The position numbers and the translations under genes were made by a program. From an uncultured Chloroflexia bacterium (lineage in GTDB: Bacteria > Chloroflexota > UBA6077 > JACCZL01), in contig CAVXYC010000028.1 of assembly GCA_963765765.1 (NCBI GenBank), positions 96,001 through 160,000 on the forward strand: DNA of 64,000 bases, written 5' to 3'. The notes beneath the pieces are model-generated. The model was given only the letters and a program-made list of their open reading frames with translations, did not search any database and was not told the DNA's origin. How positions within the stretch are numbered: position 1 is the stretch's first letter; each line of letters starts with the position of its first letter. Below are positions 60,154 to 64,000 of the stretch, piece by piece.

Positions 60154-62675
60154 GCTTGAGCCGCTTCGGGGTCATCACCGCCGTATTCCTCATATTGGCG
60201 GCGTGCTCGCCATTCCGTCAGCCGACACTTGACATAGCCCTGCAGTTAGAACACTTCACCATCAAAGTCTCCAGCGAGGAGGCAATCGCCGGCGTTCTCG
60301 CCTCAATCCGAGAGAACGATTTGGGGGTTGCGAGCGTCCTGACGCCCTTGCCCATCATTGACCTCGCGGTCCGCGCCAGCGTGTCGCACTCGGCAATCAG
60401 CCGCCTCACTCAACATCCGGACGTTCGAGAGATCGGCCCAAGCGTCCAGCTCAAAGCCCAAGTGGCGCCAAACGACCCTCTGTATCGAGACTATCAGTGG
60501 GATCTCCGTAAACTCGAGATGGAGGCCGTATGGGAGCTCTCGCAAGGAGATCCAAGCGTCATCGTTGCCGTGCTCGATACGGGCGTCGATCGGGGGCACC
60601 CCGACCTTGGGCCAAATCTGCTTAGCGGCTTCGACTTCGTCAATGACGATTCTGATCCCTCGGACGATGGCACACACGGTACCCACGTCGCAGGCATCAT
60701 CGCGGCAGTAGCGAACAATGGCGAAGGGGTGAGCGGCATGGCGCCACGGAGTCGCGTACTACCTGTGAAGGTGCTGGACTCCCAGGGGCTTGGTCCCGAT
60801 GTGGCCGTTGCCAAAGGCATCATCTACGCGGTGGAACAGGGCGCACGAATCATTAATGTCAGCTCTGGCACGCCGTTCCCCTCACTGGCGCTCAAGGAAG
60901 CGGTGGAGTTCGCGGATAGGCGTGGTGCCCTCGTTGTCGGAGCCGCTGGAAACACGGCCGAACGGGACAATGCAATTGTATTCCCCGCCGCGTACCCTCA
61001 GGTGCTCGCCGTTGGCGCACTTGACGATCGCGACGTTCCGGCGCCCTTCTCACAGCGCCAACAATACGTGTCCATCTCAGCACCAGGTGTGAACATCGCC
61101 AGTACAATCTGGCGGGCGGGTAATGCCGGCGCCGCCTACGGTTCGGGCACCGGAACTTCTGCCGCGGCGCCTCATGTCTCAGCGCTAGCGGCGCTGCTCT
61201 GGTCCGCGGATCCGAGGCTCTCGAAGACCGACGTTCGAAAGATCATTATGGATACCGCCGACGATCTAGGCCCGGCTGGTCGAGACGAAGCCACAGGCGT
61301 CGGACGGTTGAATCCTGGGCGCGCGCTCCGGAGCATCGACGCATCGGTACCGAAGCCGGTAACAGAACCACAAAACGCCGTGGAAACGGCATCGGCGCCT
61401 TCAGGGTCAGCACCAGCCGCGCCGCTACAGCCCGTTACTCCACCGGCGATTGGGTCACCCGCCGTCAGTGGCCCACGGCAATGGTACTTTGCCGATGGAC
61501 GAACTCGAAACAACGCGGAGACTCGGATCGTGCTCTTCAATCCCAGCGAGTCATCGGTCTCCGGACGGATCAACTTCACTACGAGCGACGGTCGCACAAG
61601 TCAGCAGCCGTTGCGCGTGGACCCGTTTGGACGTCTCACAATCTGGGCCAACGACTTCGTTCCAGACAGTGACTTCTCAATCAAAGTAGATGCCGATGAC
61701 ACGTTGTATGTTGAGCGAACGGTCCTGTTTGGTCACGATGCTTCGACTCTAGCGGCAGTGCGGAGCCCCTCTACCACCTGGTATTTCGCGGAAGGCCTGG
61801 CAGATGAGGTATACGAGACGATTCTCGTGATCTCTAATCTGGAGAAGCGCCCGGCTCAGATCTCGATTCGCACCTTCGGAGAGAACGGCCCTGAACCGGA
61901 ATTCCCCATCACGCTTCCTGAAAACTCGCGTGTGTCAATTCAACCGGCCCAGGTTGATGATGGAGGCGCGTTCTCCACCATTGTGACTGCGGACGTGCCG
62001 GTACTCGTAGAGCGCGGTGTCTACTTCGACGGAGGCCGGGGCGGTGATGCGAATGCTGGCACCAAGGCTCCCTCGAGGGTCTGGTACTTCGCCGAGGGCG
62101 ACACGCGTGATGAGTTCGACGCTACGGTCGCGCTCTTCAATCCAAACGCGGAGCCAGCGAACGTCAAGTTTCAGATTATTCGTACGGACGGACGCCCGTC
62201 CGAGCACATCATCCCAGTGCCGGGTTTCACGCGACGTACACTCAAGCTCAACGATCTAATCCCGGATGCGCAATTCTCCATCCGGCTCGAGTCAGACGTG
62301 CCCATCGCCGCTGAACGATCGATCTACGTCGGTGGGGGAAGTCATATCGCGAGCGGTGTCACGCAGCCGGCCACCGAATGGTACCTGGCGGAGGGTGACA
62401 CCATACCGCCTTTCGCGCAATCCATCGCATTGCTTAATCCTACGGATCAGAACGTCAACGTGGAGCTCACCTTCTATCCTGAAACTGGTGGCCCGCCCAA
62501 GATTGAGGCAGTGAAGCTCCGCCCGTTGAGCAGAGGTACGGTGGAGGTGGGCCGCGTGGCCCCCAACAGCCGATCTGCCGCGCGCATACTCGCGGACAAG
62601 GCGATTGTCGTTGAGCGCACGCTGTACTACGAGGATCTGCGCGGCGGCACCAGCGGGCCGGCCATTATGAAGTAA
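60135..62675 (+). CDS. S8 subtilisin-like protease with four C-terminal WY(F/L)A(E/D)G repeats
   Basis: VAVLDTG, HGTHVAG, AAGN, GTSAAAPHVS; possible lipobox LAAC. Confidence 0.92.
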   Translation: MAVARIGLSRFGVITAVFLILAACSPFRQPTLDIALQLEHFTIKVSSEEAIAGVLASIRENDLGVASVLTPLPIIDLAVRASVSHSAISRLTQHPDVREIGPSVQLKAQVAPNDPLYRDYQWDLRKLEMEAVWELSQGDPSVIVAVLDTGVDRGHPDLGPNLLSGFDFVNDDSDPSDDGTHGTHVAGIIAAVANNGEGVSGMAPRSRVLPVKVLDSQGLGPDVAVAKGIIYAVEQGARIINVSSGTPFPSLALKEAVEFADRRGALVVGAAGNTAERDNAIVFPAAYPQVLAVGALDDRDVPAPFSQRQQYVSISAPGVNIASTIWRAGNAGAAYGSGTGTSAAAPHVSALAALLWSADPRLSKTDVRKIIMDTADDLGPAGRDEATGVGRLNPGRALRSIDASVPKPVTEPQNAVETASAPSGSAPAAPLQPVTPPAIGSPAVSGPRQWYFADGRTRNNAETRIVLFNPSESSVSGRINFTTSDGRTSQQPLRVDPFGRLTIWANDFVPDSDFSIKVDADDTLYVERTVLFGHDASTLAAVRSPSTTWYFAEGLADEVYETILVISNLEKRPAQISIRTFGENGPEPEFPITLPENSRVSIQPAQVDDGGAFSTIVTADVPVLVERGVYFDGGRGGDANAGTKAPSRVWYFAEGDTRDEFDATVALFNPNAEPANVKFQIIRTDGRPSEHIIPVPGFTRRTLKLNDLIPDAQFSIRLESDVPIAAERSIYVGGGSHIASGVTQPATEWYLAEGDTIPPFAQSIALLNPTDQNVNVELTFYPETGGPPKIEAVKLRPLSRGTVEVGRVAPNSRSAARILADKAIVVERTLYYEDLRGGTSGPAIMK

Positions 62676-62747
62676 GTTTCACGAGCAGGCACGATTCCTG
62701 CCCAGGGGGTGCTCCAGGACATCTGACAAGACTCAGGGAGTGACTCA

Positions 62748-62972
62748 ATGGATCAGATCTACGATATTGTCTGTATGCTCTGTGGGCGCGCTGTCGGCCA
62801 GCTTCACCGGCACAAGCTTTATCGAGATCCCTCAGCGCATTCGATGCGCAAAGAGGGCAAACGTGCCATCTGTGGTTTCTGCGGCGGCAGCCTCTTCGTT
62901 CAGCCGGACGACACGGGCATGCTTCGATTCCGGGAGCATTCGTCAGAAGAGCGTCACCTCAAAGCGTCGTAA
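62748..62972 (+). CDS. Small Zn-ribbon protein
   Basis: CMLC...CGFC; GGGAG RBS. Confidence 0.65.
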   Translation: MDQIYDIVCMLCGRAVGQLHRHKLYRDPSAHSMRKEGKRAICGFCGGSLFVQPDDTGMLRFREHSSEERHLKAS

Positions 62973-63029
62973 CATGTCTGCGTAAGCTCCGAAGACGGAT
63001 TTCGGGCCCACGGCAGATGGAGGCCAGAT

Positions 63030-63311
63030 GTGCTTGCACGCGACGATCTTGAAGCCCGAGCGACTAACATCGCGGGTGAGCTTGTGGAACGCCTGGTCGG
63101 ATCAGCGGAGGATGTGGATTATCGGAGCGGCACGTATCTTCTGGCCTCCATCGCCGCGGAGCTAGGGCAGCATATTCATCGCCGATGTATCGAGTTGGCA
63201 CGCAATGAGAACGGTTCCTGGGAGCTCGCAGCCGCCGATGCGGACTCTCTTGTGACGGGCGCATGGCGATGTGGGGAAACCGTTTCGCAGCTCACTGAAC
63301 GGGGCCTGTGA
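63030..63311 (+). CDS. Hypothetical protein
   Basis: GGAGG RBS before the GTG; helical composition. Confidence 0.5.
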   Translation: MLARDDLEARATNIAGELVERLVGSAEDVDYRSGTYLLASIAAELGQHIHRRCIELARNENGSWELAAADADSLVTGAWRCGETVSQLTERGL

Positions 63312-63365
63312 ATCGGGATTATCGAACAGTCGCGCCTCTTTACAGGGTCCGGAGCCGCTGGTATC

Positions 63366-63743
63366 ATGACCCACATGAGCGAGGAACTGAACCGTCGGAT
63401 TCGCGCAGAGCTGAAACGCCGGGGACTCTCCGAGCGACGCGCCGGACAGATGATGGGCCTGAGTCCGGGCACAATTTCAGCGATTCTGACACATCCTGAG
63501 CAAAATCCGAGTCCGGCCACGTGTCTCAGGCTCGCGGAGTTTCTGGGATGGGACCAAGACATGGTCCTCGAGCTCTCAGGGCACCGCAAGCCGCCCTCTA
63601 ATCGTCCTGATGCGGAATCAGCGCTGGTTGAGTTCGAACGAGCCGTACATCAGTTGCCAATCGACGAGGCGACCCGCGAGTACATCGTGGACTGGACCCG
63701 TCGGTCCATCGAATTCAAGCACTCACAAGATTCGCGTAACTAA
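63366..63743 (+). CDS. XRE-family helix-turn-helix regulator
   Basis: RRGLSERRAGQMMGLSPGTISAI...PSPATCLRLAEFLG. Confidence 0.8.
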   Translation: MTHMSEELNRRIRAELKRRGLSERRAGQMMGLSPGTISAILTHPEQNPSPATCLRLAEFLGWDQDMVLELSGHRKPPSNRPDAESALVEFERAVHQLPIDEATREYIVDWTRRSIEFKHSQDSRN

Positions 63744-64000
63744 CCACTATATACCGAGGATGCTAATGGGCGACTTTCAAGTCGCCCATATTTGTTGACC
63801 ATTCAGGTTGTGGCCCTCTGCCCCTGGCTCTCCCGAGCCGCCTTTTGCTCACCCGGCCGCGAAGCCACGCAGGGTTCAAAACCCGCGAATCCAGCTCATG
63901 ACGCGGGTCCATGGCGGCACCGGCCGCAGGCGGCGGGTCGGTCTGTCAAGGCGTTGCTGCGGCTCGTAAGGTGGCACCGACGCCGGGGTTTGCGGTGCGA

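Noticed and set aside
63876-64000. 3' end of a minus-strand gene (…PPWTRVMSWIRGF*)
   Set aside because: Only about 40 codons are visible; too little to support a call

Overview
A GC-rich bacterial chromosomal segment, mostly housekeeping. Gene content (GuaB3, adjacent PdtaS/PdtaR, orphan Rieske oxygenases, TAXI-TRAP, ctaA-ctaB fusion) suggests Chloroflexota or a related lineage; this is inference only. In order: a PdtaS/PdtaR-type two-component pair, mrdA, pfkA, a coupled parA-ftsZ pair, a Rieske dioxygenase cluster beside tRNA-Ala(TGC) and an att-like scar, rsmI-tatD-polyprenyl synthase, a guaB3-guaA-purD-purB-purC-purS operon, a his operon, comF, an alkylation-repair operon, cbpA-cbpM, an RpiB-Tal-Pgi triple fusion, a heme A/cytochrome oxidase assembly cluster interrupted by a TRAP/Rieske cassette, an ABC exporter and an S8 protease. 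About eight genes are frameshifted, several at homopolymers, most likely from long-read assembly indels. The strongest candidate for a novel system (34137-37334) is an ECF sigma factor coupled to a zf-HC2 anti-sigma domain fused to an O6-alkylguanine methyltransferase and an Ada Zn-binding domain, followed by a second MGMT-Ada protein and AlkA. It looks like an Ada-like adaptive response with an anti-sigma output. Also notable: tandem NrdR-like boxes over a promoter of the purine/GMP operon. No CRISPR array, rRNA or intact transposase/integrase was seen. All family assignments come from motif recognition by eye, not database searches.
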